Part shown: positions 1-13,378 of the stretch, in pieces
Layout of the letters: each line of letters starts with the position of its first letter
Position numbering within the stretch: position 1 is the first letter of the stretch
Assembly (NCBI GenBank): GCA_963575745.1
Contig: CAUYUJ010000001.1
Coordinates: forward strand, 1 to 64,000
Direction: 5' to 3'
DNA from: Prorocentrum cordatum
Lineage: Eukaryota
Length of the DNA stretch: 64,000 bases
Program-made: the position numbers and the translations under genes
Notes under the pieces: generated by a model
Told to the model about the DNA's origin: nothing
The model's input: the letters and a program-made list of their open reading frames with translations, nothing else
The model's database searches: none

Positions 1-637
1 GACCAAGGCCACAAACAAGTTCCACGGCATCAGGCTAATTAGCTCCCTGAGAACCCGAGCCTTCCCTGAGCCCAAAGCGGTCCTGACTTCAACGTCTTGA
101 CCAGAGTCCATGCTTGCGCTCCCTCGTTCGAGAGGGGCGACGAGCCGGATGAACCCCTCCAGAGGGGCGCGGCAAGTTCGCGCCGTGGCGACGCCGGCGT
201 TAGTTTCTGACACCTCCCGGGGATCGCTCAGCCCTGAGCGATCGGCGGCCCTTCGATCGCCAGATCGTCCCATATTGGCCCGATTCTGGGCCACCCGCGG
301 ATTGCACCATCCAACGCCCGCGGCGGGGCCTTCGCCGCGGGGGAGTCCATCCATCTGTCCACGTCGCCCCCGACCGGCTCTGGCTCTGGAGCCGTGGTTC
401 GGCCCTCCCGTGGCCTTTTTCGGACGATCCGGCACGCCCAGAGCGCCCCCGCGGCGAGGCGCAGCTGCTGGAAGGCGCCCCGAGGCCAGAAAGTGGCCCC
501 CCGAACCGAGAGCGGACCTCCTCGTCCTCCTCCCCCTTCCTCCTCCTCCTCCTCCTCCTCCTCTTCCTCCTCTTCCTCCTCCCCCTCCTCCTCTTCCTCC
601 TCCTCCTCCTCCTCCCCCTCCTCCTCCTCCTCTTCAG

Positions 638-659
638 TCCGTAGCCATTTTGGCTCAAG
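638..659 (+). other. Dinoflagellate spliced leader (DinoSL), perfect 22-mer, at the 5' end of a LINE
   Basis: TCCGTAGCCATTTTGGCTCAAG matches the DinoSL consensus DCCGTAGCCATTTTGGCTCAAG and directly follows a (CCT)n tract. Confidence 0.97.
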
Positions 660-823
660 ATGTTTGGTGCCCCTGGGGGCCACACGGATACCGCTAGTCC
701 GCGGCCAGACCACAATTGTTCGCCTTCACCGTGGGAGTTGGGCACCCACCACCAGGCCTGCAGCCCCGCCTGCGAGGCTACGGCGTCTCGCCTCCAGCTG
801 GACCTGCGCGGCCAGCTCGCAGC

Positions 824-1892
824 ATGGCGCCGCAGCATTACCGCTCGGAGCAAAGCAGGCGGCAATGGCACTGCAAGAGCTGCGTCGGGCCCAAGGGCCT
901 CCCGTGGTTCAATTACGCCGACGCGACGTCATGCTCCAAGTGCAAGCTGGGCAAGGGACTCTGCTTCAAGGAGTATCGGGCCTCTCCGGTGCCGTCGCTT
1001 CGCAGGCCAGGCAGATCCTTCTCAGCTTGGGCAGACTCGGTGCAGGTCCAGAAGCTCAAGCAGGAGTTGGCGGCTGCCAACGCGAAGCTCAAGCGCGCCG
1101 AGGCCCCGCCCGCGGAAGCCGAGGAGGAGCTCAGCGGGTCAGACAAGGACAAGCAGAGGCTGCGGGAGCTGGGCGAGCTGCTCAAGACCGTCGAGGGCAG
1201 TGCCGACCCCCACCTGGCGAGGGCCAAGGCGGCGTACGTCCAGGAGCAGGCCGAGCTCAAGGCGAAGCTGGCGGCGGCGCGCCCGCTGGGACAGAGGCTG
1301 CGCGACCTCGGGGCCCAGATCAGCAGGCAGCAGAAGTTGCAGGAGGACCAGCAGCGGCGGCTTGCGGGTGTCCGCGAGAAGCTGGCGCTGCTGCAGGAGC
1401 AGGAGAAGGCGGCGCTGCAACAGCTCGCGGCGCTCGACACGCAGATGCTGGACTTGCAGGAGCAGCAGCGGCAGCTCCAGAGCCAAGCACCGCTGCCGCC
1501 GCAGCCAGAGCGCGGCAAGGGGCCTTTGGACGAGCCGATCGTCGGGCTCGGCCAAACGTTGTCGGGGCTGGACCAGGTGCTCAACTCCCCTGGCGCCGAG
1601 CACGGTCTGGCGGAGCGCCTCAAGGAGGACCTGGAGCGCCTCGAGCAGCTCAGCGAGGAGACCAGGGCCAAGCAGCAGCGGGAGCGGGACGAAGCGGCTG
1701 CTGCCGCTGCGGAGTCCCAGCGGACGCCTGACGGCGGCCCCCCTTTCCGAAGCTGACGCGATGGAGCAGGACGAGGCCGACAGCGCCGAGTTCGTTGAGG
1801 AGATCGCCAGCGCTGGAGGCGACAAGCGCAGGATCGAGGAGATCATGGCCAAGCACGGGTGCAAGCGGCACAAGGCGGTCGTCGCCTGCTGA
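824..1892 (+). CDS. LINE ORF1: RanBP2-like zinc finger plus long coiled coil (probable 1-nt frameshift near 1740)
   Basis: ATG at 824 gives MAPQHY...WHCKSC...WFNYADATSCSKC followed by heptad-rich Q/E/L/K sequence. The frame stops at 1756. Removing one C from the C6 run at 1738-1743 continues it into an acidic tail (EADAMEQDEADSAEFVEEIASAGGDKRRIEEIMAKH) ending at 1892. Confidence 0.8.
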
Positions 1893-1941
1893 GGCCCTTG
1901 CCTTACGTGTACTGCTGTGGCTGTGTTTCTCGTCCATCGCA

Positions 1942-4900
1942 ATGGCTAACTCCATCGGCGTAACCACTATCAATGTCTCGTCAGGCGGCCCCCTGATCGG
2001 CTACCTGGCCAACTGTTCCAGCATGTGCGTCGCTGTGCAGGAGCATCATGCACCGCCTGGGGCCCTGGCAAGGGCCCAGCAGGACGCGCTCGCCGAGGCC
2101 TACCACGGCGTCTGGGAGGCGGCGCTTCCAGGACATGGCTCTGGCAGTCAGGGTGGCGTGGCGGTCCTGGTGCCGAGACGGGTGCTCATCACAGCGCCCC
2201 CTGCGCTGGAGGGGCCGACCTTGGAGCCAGGGCGCATGGTGGCGGCGCATGTCAACTGCGGCGGCAAGGGAGGATTCGTCATGATCTCTCTGTACATGCG
2301 GGTTGACGAGCTGCTGTCGCCAGAGAACCTCGATGCAGATGCCGTGGATCGTGGGCGGGGATTTCAACATGGAGCTCAAGCAGATGGGCCCGCTGTCGTG
2401 GCTGCACTCCGTCAATGGCGTGACGGTGGTGCCGTCGGTGCCAACTTGCATCCAGGCCCTCCCTGGGCGCACGATCGACTTCTTTTTCGTGGCGTGCCAG
2501 GTCATGCCGAGGATTGGCCATCCTGCAGTCGGCGAGGCAGACACGTGGCCGCACCTGCCTGTCACGGTCACGCTGTCCGCCCAGCCGCAGGTGATGTGGA
2601 CGCGACAGCTGGTGCAGTCCAAGGGCTTCACCAAGGCGCCGAAGATCGGCTGCGCCAGGCCGCCACCAGACTGGGACCCGTTCCTCGACCAGGCTAGGCA
2701 GGCGACCTCGCCAGAGCAGCTGGCGGACGTGTGGGACCAGCTGCTGCTCGGCATCGAGTTCGAGCTGCAGGGGCGGCGCGATGTTGTCGGGCCGCAGGCC
2801 ACGAAGTTTACGTCCAAGCCGACGGCGCCCATGTTCGAGTGGATTAGGTTCGACCCCGACGAGAGACAGTCTTGGAAGAGGAAGGCGCCCGACGTCGCAG
2901 CGTGGCTGGCAGCAGCGCGCTGGGCGCGGCAGTTTCGACGTGTACGTACTGCTCTCGTATCGTCCATCATGAAGCTGTCAGACCCTCCTACTTTCGTGTT
3001 GCCTGGTCTGGGATGCTCTGGAACGGTGGCACCTTCGGCACCCACGGCTACGGCTGCTACGTCGGCGGAGGTGCCCCGTGGCGCGGCGGCGGCTGCGGCT
3101 GGATCGGCGTCCTGGTCTCCTTCGGCGTCCTCCCCAGCGGCCCCCTCTCCACCCCTGGCACCCGCCACTGTTGCCAGAGGCCCCCCAATGGGGGATAACG
3201 GAAGGGGAACTGCCGCCGCCGTGGGCGTACAGCAGGCGCCCGATACTGGTGAACGCCCCCCGAGGAGGGAGTACTGCAGCAAGCTGTGCGACAAGACGGC
3301 GAGGCACATCTTCGAATTTCAGTGTTTCTTGAGAAGGATTGCAGCTCGCTCTGATGTCTGGCCGCACCTTGACAAGTTGGTTGTCGATTTCTTCGCATGT
3401 GGGCTCCTGGCGTTCGTACAGGAGGACTTCGACCAGCAGGTCGAGCGCATCATTGTCAAAGCAGATGGTATGCAGCGGGCGCACGAGAGGAAGGTAGCCG
3501 CCAGTTGGCATGCGTGGGCCGAGGCGTCGTTCGAGGGGGGCGCCAGCCGAGCACACAAGTGTTCCAAGCCGCTGGCGCTCCAGGAGGTAGTCGACTACGG
3601 CGCAGGGGTCCAACGTGCGTACCAGCTGGCCGATCGCAAGGTGCAGCACTGGTGCCAGTACTGGCAGAGGCACGATGACGGGCTGATCGTGCTGCCCAGC
3701 GACCACCAGGAGTGGGACCAGCTGCCGCCACTCAGTGGAAGTGACCTTCGTCGGGCTATTCGCGCCTTCAGCTGGACAACGGGTACGGGGCAAGTTAAGA
3801 TCGTCCCGCGGGCGCTGGGCCACCTATCCGATGCTGCCCTGGATGCGATGGCCGCCCTGTTCTGTCGGTGCGAGCAGTTGCCCATCTGGCCCCAGTCTCG
3901 GTTCATGACGAAGCTCGTTCGCCTACCCAAGCCTGGAGGAGGGGAGCGCCTGGTCGCTCTCCTCAACACGCTCATTCGAGTGTGGGGGAGGGCCCGTCGG
4001 CCTGTGTCTGCCCAGTGGGAGGTGGACAACGCCAGCGAGGAGTTCTGGGGGCACACGGGGGGCAGGTCGTCCACTGATGCTGCCTTCGACCTGGCCCTCG
4101 AGAAGGAGACGGCCCACCTCACGGGCGACCACGCCCTGATCGTGCTGCTGGACATGCTCAAGTGCTACGAGATGGTTCGGCACCAGGCGCTGCTCGATGA
4201 GTGCAGGGCCAACCAGTATCCCATGAGGCTGGCGTACATGCTCGTGCTGCTCTACCAGCAGGAGCGCACGATCTTCGCTTACAACTCTTTCTCGGAGGCG
4301 AAGCAGGCCTGCCAGGGCATCCTGGCTGGGTGCACTCATGCCACGACGCTGCTGATGGTACTGTTGACACGTGCCCTACGCATGATTGCTCGGATCGCGC
4401 CTGAGGTCCGACCACGTGGCTTGGTGGACGACGTGGCGCTGTCCTGGACGGGTGCCGATGCCCGAGGTGCCCGCATGCTGGCGTCCGCCACGCGAGTGTT
4501 CTGCGAGGCGGTCAAACCACTCGGTCTTCTGCTGCAGCTGGACAAGTCTGGGCACCTGGCAGTCACGCGGCAGTCGAAGTATCATTTCCGCCAGTTTGCC
4601 AAGATGCTCAAGATTGGAGGCAAGCGTCACATGCGCTACCTGGGCCACGACCTCGCCGCCAGTGCTGCCGTGCGCAATGTCCAGAAGGACCGCCTCAAGA
4701 AGATGGATGCTCGGCGCCCTCGGCTGAAGGCGTTGCAGAAGGGTGCTGGACGTTGGCGTTCGGCGCGCCTTTGGACTACGGGTGCGCTGCCGTCGGTCGG
4801 CCACGGAGCGGCGGTCAGCGGCATCAACGACGGCGAGCTGAAGCAGATGCGCAGTGTTGCTGGCAGTTTCTGTGGCTTCAGTGGCAGCGGCTCTCTTACT

Positions 4901-6959
4901 CTGTACCTGGCGGTTCAGAAGCAGCGCAATTTCGACCCGATCTACCATGCCACCTGCAGCCTGTTGCAGCAGTACTCGGTCTGGGTGTGGGCAGCGTGCG
5001 GCTCTCTCGCCAGGTTGCAGAGGGCCTGGATGGCGCTGAAGGACCAGTTCGAGGCTGCTCGCGGCGCGGTCACTTGGGCCAGCGCTCGAGGTCCGATCTC
5101 GGCCCTCTGGCTGACTCTGCGCAGGGTCGGGTGGGACATGGCCAGTGCCACGGTCCTCGTGGACGACACGGGCGTTGGCATCGACTTGCTCAGGGTCAGC
5201 CCCAGCGAAGTGCTGCACTACATGTACCTGAGCCTCGAGCGCTGGCAAAGCCATCGTATTTCGGACCACCTGCCTGGTGCCCCTGCTCGGCAGCCTGACG
5301 GTAGCCGACGGCATATCTGGATGCGAGCCCTCCGTCGTGGTCATCTGCAGAGGCTTTCAAGCGGGTTGCGAGGTGCGTTGGCCAAGCTCCAGTCAGATGG
5401 CATGTGGACGCCCGCTCGTAGGTGCGAGGCGGGTTACACGGACAATGCTGTATGTGGTTTCTGCGGTCACTCGCCTGCGGACCTCGAGCACGAGATGTTC
5501 TTCTGCTCGGTGCACGAGGCGCAGGAGGGCGAGGAGCAGGGCCCATGCCCTGACGACGTGCTGCAGGTCAGGAAAGACATCTGGGAGCAGGGCCAGACGG
5601 GTGCTGGCGCCGAGTGGGACCTCGCCACGGTCGACCTGCTCTACGCGCTGCCGATGCGCCCTGAGTTTCGGCCTCCTGAGCCCAGCCTGCTGCCTGTCAA
5701 AGAGTGGGGGGCCCGCGATGCCCCGTGGCCGTCCAAAGTTTTCGGAGACGGGTCTTGTTTCGATAGTGATTTCCCTTGAGGCCAGGCGGTGTGGTTGGGC
5801 GGTGGTGGCCCTCACGCCGAATCTTTTGCCGTTCAAGGCTATCTTTGGAGGCCTCGGAGGCCCTATTCAGACCGTGCCCAGGGCCGAAAGGTTTGCCGCT
5901 CTCCGAGGCCTCGAATTGGCGTCCAGGCCGTCTGTGTTTGTCACGGATCACTTAGCTCTGGCGCAAGAAGGGGAGTTGTGGTTTGGCAGGCATGCTCGAC
6001 CTACAGCACCTCATGCTAGCGTCTGGAGGCGACTGCACGCTCTGTACGAAAGTGATCTGGATCGTTTGCCCCGGTTTTCCTGGACTCGTTCTCACAGGTC
6101 TGTGGATGAGGGCATTGCGTCGTGCTGTTCCTCGGGCGAACCCTTGGAGAATTTGTTCGGTAATATGTGGGCCGATTGTTTCGCGAAGATGGCCGCGCTT
6201 GAGCTGTCGGGCTCATCCTCGGTCATCCGTGCACATAAGTTTGAGATGGAGCAGGCCAAGCAGCGGATGCGTTGTCTGGCGTTCGCTGCCCATAGAGTGG
6301 CCTCTTTGGCGTCGCCCGTCGTCTATCGGCCGCTACCGCCCGCCCCTAGAGCCCCACGTCGACGAAAGCCGACCACCCACGCGTTTGCCCTGTTTCCTGC
6401 GGGCGCTATTGGGTGCAAGGCTTGTTGGCGCCAGGCCTCGACCCCGTCTTCCTTGAAGTCCCTCGCCTCCCGCTTGTGTGATCCCCAGGTTGTCGGCCCT
6501 GGACACCTGATCCAGGTTTGTGATCGAGTGCTGATTTGCACGCGCTGTGGGGCCCACACAGTGCGACCGCAGAGGCTCTCAGTGGGCCTCACGCGAGCCT
6601 GCCTTGTCAAGGATGAGGGAGTTCGGTCGGGAGCGGGGGCGTGTGGGACGCGGGGGGAGAGAGTCCAGAAAATGTTGCAACAGGCCCAGCGTGGCCGCCA
6701 CCCCAAGACGGGAGAGGCGATCGGCCCGCTGCTCCTAGCCCCGATTGCCCCTGAGGCCGCGTTGCGCTCGCTGGCTTACGTCGGGACGGGGGTGGCGGAC
6801 GGGGGGGGCGGTGTCGGTCGTGGTGTCGAGGAGGAGGAGCGGCGGAGCACGGCGCCGCAGGCCTCTGCCGAGGGGCAGCGCAGGCCCGCGCCCACGGCTC
6901 CCCCCTCCCCCTCGGCCTCTGCGCCCCAGCAACAGCCCGAGTCTGGGGACTCGGACTAG
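1942..6959 (+). pseudogene. LINE ORF2 (APE endonuclease, reverse transcriptase, CCHC finger, RNase H, C-terminal Cys/His motifs) with two frame disruptions
   Basis: APE motifs: TINV, VAVQEHH, GGVAVL, PWIVGGDFN, RTIDFF, HLPV. RT motifs: LPKPGGGERLVALL, LLDMLKCYE, QGILAGC, GLVDDV, RYLGH. Finger: CGFC...LEHEMFFC. RNase H: VFGDGS, QTVPRAE, FVTDH, RSH, GNMWAD. Breaks near 2330 (apparent deletion) and at 5776-5777 (extra T: ttccct[t]gag restores FPEARRCGW). Confidence 0.9.
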
Positions 6960-7053
6960 CTGTGGCCCCACCTCGGGCGCGTGCCTGCGCCCTTTCCTTT
7001 CGCTCCGAGGCCCAGTCGGGATTCCCCTCTGCGCCCTCGGCCATTGCCCATTG

Positions 7054-7440
7054 CTCCTCCTCCTCCTCCTCCTCCTCCCCCGCCTCCTCCTTCTCCTCCT
7101 ACCCCTCCTCCTCCTCCTCCTCTTCCTCCTCCTCCTCCTCCTCCTCCTCCTCCCTCCTCCTCCTCCTCCTCCTCCTCCCCCGCCTCCTCCTTCTCCTCCT
7201 AATTACCCCTCCTCCTCCCCCCCCTCCTTCCTCCTCCCTCCTCCTCCCCTCTCCTCCTCTCCTCCTCCTCCTCCTCCTCCTCCCTCCCTCCTCCCTCCTC
7301 CCTCCTCCCTCCTTCCCTCCTCCTCCTCCTCCTCCTCCTCCTCCTCCCTTCCTCCTCCTCCTCCTCCTCCTCCTCCTCCTCTCCTCCCTCTTCCCTCCTC
7401 CTCCTTCTCCTCCTCCTCCTCCTCCTCCTCCTCCTCCTCC
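7054..7440. repeat. (CCT)n microsatellite tract at the LINE 3' junction
   Basis: Near-pure CCT repeats. Similar GAG/CCT tracts lie near 7925-8092, 16490-16890, 17020-17430, 21000-21500, 34515-34715, 34990-35300, 37486-37700, 42652-42775 and 62780-63460. Confidence 0.97.
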
Positions 7441-9771
7441 GTGACTGTCGGCCACACGCTCGGGGAGCGATCTGACCCCTGAGCCGCCCGCCCCGTCCTG
7501 GGTCTCCTTCGGCCGCGTCCTCCCCTCGCTCCTCCTCCTGCACGGTGGCACACTTCGCTCCAGCGGCATCCCCGTTTCGGCCTCTCATCGCCGGCGCAGT
7601 CGCCCTCTGCCTATCCGCCGACGCAAAAGTGTTGATTGTCGGGGGCACAGTCACCGGCGCCGCCGTCTATCCGGCGCAGTCACCCTCTGCCTATCCGCCG
7701 ACGCAAAAGTGTTGACTATCCGCCGCCATCTATCTGGCGCAGTCACCCTCTGTGTTGATTGTCGGGGGCGCAGCTCTCCCAGTCCGTGGCCGGTCGGTGA
7801 GGCGGCGACCCGGCGGTCGCTGCAGGGGGGGGGGGGGGGGCGGGCCTCGCTCGGGGGGGGCGGCCTTGGAACACTGCGCCGCGTAGAGTGGTGGCACTCG
7901 CGCGCGAGGGCTGCGCCCCTCCGGAGGCGGAGGAGGAGGAGGAGGAGGAGAGAGGAGGAGGAGGAGGAGGAGGAGGAGGAGGAGGAGGAGGAGGAGGGAG
8001 GAGGAGGAGGAGGAGGAGGAGGAGGAGGAGGAGGAGGAGGGGTGAGGAGGAGGAGGAGGAGGAGGAGGAGGAGGAGGAGGAGGAGGAGGAGGAACAGGTA
8101 CCCACACCGCTACCCAGCCCTCGTTTTTGCCTTTTTGGGGGCCTCCTTGGGGGGCCCCCGTCGCCACTGCTGGATTCGCCTCGAGATGATGGTCAGAACG
8201 CACCTCAGGAGAGGTCTGGGGAGTAGCGGTCCAGTCACCTTCGGGTTTCCCCCGGAGGAGGATCGGTGGTCCATGATTGCCCCCGCTCTCCTCCTCTCTC
8301 CTTTCCTCCCCCTCAGAGGCACAGCGATTGCTCCGTTGCGCGCGTGCGCGTTCAGGCGACTGCACTGTAGCGTCGCCCGTTTACGGGTCAACCCATGTGG
8401 TTTGACCGGGCCTCTGTCTCTGTCTGGTCATGTTCCTTCGCATTACCTTTTGCTTTTCATTCATGCGCCCCTCCACCGACCGGCGGGAGGGTTCGAGGGC
8501 ATCGGGGCGATCGCTCGACACTGTCTGCATCACCGAATCGCTGAGGATCGGTGGTTCAAAGATCGGGCCCCGAGGGATGAGGTCCTAAGGATAGGAAGGG
8601 GTCCAAGGGTGAATCTGCACTGTCTGAGGTTCCGCGTCCTTGAAGCCACATCCCTCAGGACCTTGTCGTTGAACCTCCGAGAGGAGGTTCGAGCGTCAGA
8701 CCTCCGCCTTCTCTTCCTCTCTCCCCCCCACCTGGGAAGGCGCAACGGTTGCTTTCCCGTGCGCACGTGCGCGCTCCGCGCGCCAGGATAATAATTTGTG
8801 TTTTTGTCTTTCGGCGCAAAGTAGGGAGCGCCTTTTCGCTCCTCGTGGAGGAGGAGGGGGAGGGTGAGGAGGAGGGATAAGGAGGAAGAGGAGGGAAATG
8901 CTTGCGCTTCTGGCCCGCCGCAGCTCGCAGCGCATGATGTGTCCGTCCTTTGGGCGCTCATGTTGTCAGAGCAAATGTCTTGCTGCGCAATAGTCTCGCT
9001 ATGGTCGCTGTGCTGGGCTGCTTGAACTCGCCACGGTTGGCAAGTTTTGTTCCAGTGATTTGCATTGCCTCCTCTCGTGGCTCTCGGTAGCTCTGGTGGA
9101 AAGGCATGGCATGCAAACAAAGAGTTGGTGGCATGTCCTGAGAGCTCGTGACATGCCTTTTGCCGATGCAAGTGTGGGGTAGCCCTGGGGCTCCCCAGGA
9201 TAACCCGCGACATACTGAAAGCATTGAGCACCCGTTGATTTCATGCCCCCTCACTACCGCAATGGTTCGGCACGTCTCAGGCTTAGCAGCGTGCGCGTTT
9301 TCCCGCTGCCTCAGCTCGCCATGAATGGCGGGCAATTCTTGCCGCCTCGCGGGATCCACACCAGCCCGGTGCCTGAAGCTGCCTGCGCGCTCCTTGTTGC
9401 GTAGATGGTCTATGTTTGAGACCTCCCTGGGGGAACGAACGCTGACATAAACATAGAAAAACTCGGAGGTCCGCGCGGATTTCTCGGATCGGCGCTGGAC
9501 TCCCCTCCCTGGCGCGCACAGCGCGCCAAGGGCGGCGCCGGAGGCGCCGCCAAAGAAATCCGCGCGGGTCTCCAAGCTTTTGTGTTTGTGTCATTGTTCG
9601 TTCCCCTGCTCCCCCTTCGTTCCTCCCCTGCGGCCGCCCTCTTCTTTTCCACGTCTCCCAGCGTGCCAGGAGCTCTGGCGCGGCCCATCGAGCGAACGAG
9701 CGAGCAAGCGCGCCCCATACGGAGGGACTGGCCCCAAATCAGTGGTCGGCGGTAGGCTGCGGTAGGCTTAA

Positions 9772-9935
9772 GTCGGGCCTATCCCTCTACAGGAGGAACA
9801 GTCAAACATACTCAAAACATAGCCCTCTGGACTATTTTTTTTGTATTTCTGTTGGTATGTTTTGGCTACTCTTGAGCATTTTGGGGGTATGTTTCATTTT
9901 CGTCCAAAATCCGCCTGTAGGGGGACATGCCCGAC
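9772..9935. mobile_element. MITE family A (TIR GTCGGGCCTGTCCCTCTACAGG), copy 1
   Basis: About 22-bp imperfect terminal inverted repeats around an AT-rich core. Six copies occur in the window. Flanks are TTA/TRA-like, possibly PIF/Harbinger type (inference). Confidence 0.8.
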
Positions 9936-12900
9936 CCAACGGTAGGCACGGCCCATCGGTTACTCGAACAATGTAGCGGCCGCTCTCACGGTTGACACCA
10001 AGCACCAGCCCATCCAGGAATTATTATTTGACACCGCTGTGTTCTAGAGCTCAGACCTCTTAACTTTCGTCGTCATTCGTTCGTTCGCTCGTCGTTCGTC
10101 CTCCCCCCCGGCCACAGAAGGAAAGTCCTGGAGGAAGGAAGCGAACGGCTCCTGTCCCTCGCAGCTCCGTGGTGGAAGAGCCAGGGCACGCGTGCCACTT
10201 GCTTCTTTGTATAGATGAGGGGGCATCGGCAAGCAGTAGCGAAGCATGGAGACCAGCAGTGGTAAAGTCAGGGACCTCGGGGAGCATCTGGAAGCTGCCG
10301 TGGGGCCATGTTGGATGTGCTTGGGGCTCACCTGGAGCCCCCTTGGGATCCTTCTTGGGGTGATCATGAAGGCCATCAATCACAGAAGGGGGTAGCGCTT
10401 TTTTAGGACCCCGCGTCGGGGCCCTCAACATCGCCTCTCGGGGCGCCATCTGGGCGATTCTGGGGCGCCCTTGGAGCCGTGTGAGAGCCCTTACTGGTCC
10501 TTGTTGGAGCTCTCTTGGGCCGTATTGGAGCCATCTTGAGGCAGAAGGCCTGACGATGCGAAAAGGCGAGAAGACGAGCGTTTTTTTGAATTCCTCGTTG
10601 GAAGAATCATTGGCCACTCGGAGCCGTCTTGGGACGGCAGTGGGGCTTCTTGGAGGCATCTTGGCAGCCATATCGAGCCATCGCGTGCCATCTTGGTGGC
10701 ACGACTGGAGCATCTCGGACCACCACGGCGCCATCGTGGGGCACTCTGGGACCTTCTTGGGCGCCGCCCAAGAGTCCGGGGCCCCAGACTTGGTTCGCCC
10801 AGGGGTCGGCGGGGAGAAGCGAGCCCCCGCGCCCCCTCTCCTTCAATCGGCGGCGCGCCCGGGGGGGGGGGAGAAGGAGAAGGCCTCCTCAGAAGGTTCG
10901 GAGGAGGCTTCCTCAGAAGGAGAAGGCTCCCTCGGACGGAGAAGGCTTCCTCAGAAGGCGTCCTCTGAGAAGTTCTCTGAGTCTTCCCCGAAGACACAGG
11001 ACAGCTCTCGGAAGGCTGGGGGGCCTTCTGGGAGGTTCCGCCGTCTCCTGATGAGGCCTTCTCCTTTTCACTTCCCCCCTCGCTCGCCGCCGATTCGAGG
11101 CTGTCTGGTAATTTGACCAGCCGATCCTCCAAAGCTCTCGAGGCTGCCGAGGGCCCCCTGCCGTGTTGACGCGTCGCGCACGTACTCCTGACAGCCTGTG
11201 CAGAAATAATGCCAAGGCGAGTTTCGGTGGCGAGCGAGGTGGGGGAGGAAATGAGAAGGACGTGGCCACTCAGAAGGCGGCGGGACTTCTCGTTCGGAAG
11301 CCCTCACGCCTCCTGAGAGGTGCTCGCTGTCTTTGTCGAGGAAGGCTCAGAACACTTCCCCCAGATAGCCGGGGGTCCCGAGCTTTCCGGGAAGGGCCGC
11401 CCCTGCTCATTCCCCCCCTTGCTCGCCGCCAAGAGTTGCCTTGATCGGGGAAGTGTACAGTGGAGGTGTATGCCAAGAGACACCCTGCTTGCCTCCAGGG
11501 TGCCCTGGGTTTCTTGGGTTTCGGTCCTTTTGCTGTTGAAAGCGCCTGGGGTCCTGGACGTCCATGGACGTCCTGGGGTCTCAGGGTTGGGTTTCTTGTG
11601 GAAGGTTTCTTGTGGACTGGCCTCCACTGTAAACCGACATTGCAGCTGCAGATATCTCGGGAGGCGGCCTCTTGGAGGCTCAGCTGGTGCCTTTTCGGGG
11701 CTCGCCCGTACCAGTGTGGAAGCCTTTGGAGATCTGTTGAGGCCATGGGAGCCCTCTGGGGGTCGTATGGGAGTTCACCCGATGACAAGAGGCGCCAACA
11801 ATTTCCCCCCCCCCCACACTGTTAAAGCCCGAAGCCTCGATCTCCTCTTGGTGCTCTCTTGAGACGCTTTTGGGGCGCACTTGGGCGCTCTCGGGGCCGT
11901 TTTGGAGCCATGCCATCCTGGATCCCCCTTGGGTCTCTCTTGGGCGGCCCTGGAGCCATACTGAGGCCTCAGAAACCATGTTGGAAGTGAAACGGCGAGA
12001 AGGGACACCTCGTTTGGTTTTTTTTGTAAGCGCTTGTTGGCCTTTCGTGGGCGCCCTTGGGAGACTCCGTGCCCACTTGGAGCTGCCTTGTGGCGGTCGT
12101 GAGGCCTCCTAGCACCTTGGAGAATATCAGGCAATCTGGGACCTCCTTGGGCGCTGCTAAGGTTCGGGGCCTCGTCCGTCTAGGCCCAGGGGAGGGGGGA
12201 GGGACCCCTCCCCGAAGGGGGGAGGAGAGGGATGGATCACCGAACCCATGTACGCCCAAAAGGGCCGGCGGGATGAGAGGGAGCAGATGATCGACATCAG
12301 AGTGCAGAGGGCAGAGGGTGAAGACGACATGTCGGAACGAGAGGGCCGAAGGGTCTTGCATCGCCCGTGGGTGCGCTGCAGCAGAGTGATTCCGTGACGC
12401 GGATCCTTGTTGCTGTTTTGACGTCGTCGTCCCGCTCGCGATTCACCCGCGACCTACTCGTCGATCCACCCGCGACCCACCCGTGACCAGCCCACATTGT
12501 GTCAACGAGTTCGGCGATTGCGGTTGGCTCGCTGGGCAATGTGTTAAGCGTCGGCACTTGCGGCGGACCTCGTCACATTCGCAGTCGAGCCTCGCAGGAT
12601 GTCCACGACCCCCCCGCCCCTTCACTCCTATCCGCAACTGCGGGGGGGGGGGGGGCGATGTAAAAGAGCGAGCGGAGCAGGGTGCAGCATGTACATCCAA
12701 CAGCAGCGAGTGCAGAGCAGAGAGTAGAGATAGCTGAGGAGGTAGTAGAGGCGTTAAACGTAGGGAGTACAATTGGAGGAGGCAGACATGCCAGTGTTAC
12801 AAGGGGATACTATATAGTGTGAATGCATGTATAGGTGATGAATGCGGCACAGAGAGGGATATGTCGTCATCCCCTGCTTTGCACACCACCAGCACGCTGG

Positions 12901-13378
12901 GATATCATGGTGCGCGGGAACGATTCGATGGAGTGTTCTCCAGCATAGTGCGGGGTCATGCGTCGATGTTGCGTACCGCGCCATGTAACTGTTGCTAACG
13001 CGTTGTCCGTTGTCCTTGTTGTCGCGTGCCATACTGTCGCATCCGAAAAGCGATAGCTGCAAACGGCTCCTCACGGCAATTCCACACGTCCGCAACACGT
13101 CGTCGGCATATTGGCAGCGCGAGGTCGGTAATTTGTCACACCGATGTCAGTGTCCGTCCTCGATAGGCCCATGGCTCCTGGGCACGGGCGCCGCATGAAC
13201 GACGGGACCTCACCCCAGCACTCCAGCACGTCGCGGGGTATTGTAGATATTTTCGATCTCGCGACCCCTCTCCTCCCCTTCTTAGTTGTCCTCCGCCTCT
13301 CATCTCCCTCACCTTCCTCACGATCCTCCTCCAGGTTCTTCTTGTGCCCCCATTTCTCCTGCATCCTTCATCACCAAG

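Larger units (their letters stand above)
638..7053 (+). mobile_element. Full-length non-LTR retrotransposon (LINE; ORF1 + APE endonuclease-RT-Zn finger-RNase H) inside a (TCC)n microsatellite
   Basis: The 5' end is the DinoSL and two ORFs carry the diagnostic motifs. A short 3' UTR runs into (CTC)n at 7054 with no poly(A). (CCT)n also lies on the 5' side (about 517-633). Confidence 0.93.

Noticed and set aside
638..720. SL RNA gene
   Set aside because: The SL is not followed by a GT/GC donor here (AAG|AT) and leads straight into a LINE. The second SL is followed by GC but also leads into a long leader and an ORF, and the two downstream sequences share no SL-intron similarity.
1..13378. Upstream exons of the acyl-CoA dehydrogenase (candidates near 100-125 and 9314-9345)
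   Set aside because: Neither gives a convincing ACAD motif with compatible splice phase; earlier exons may lie outside the window or be missed.
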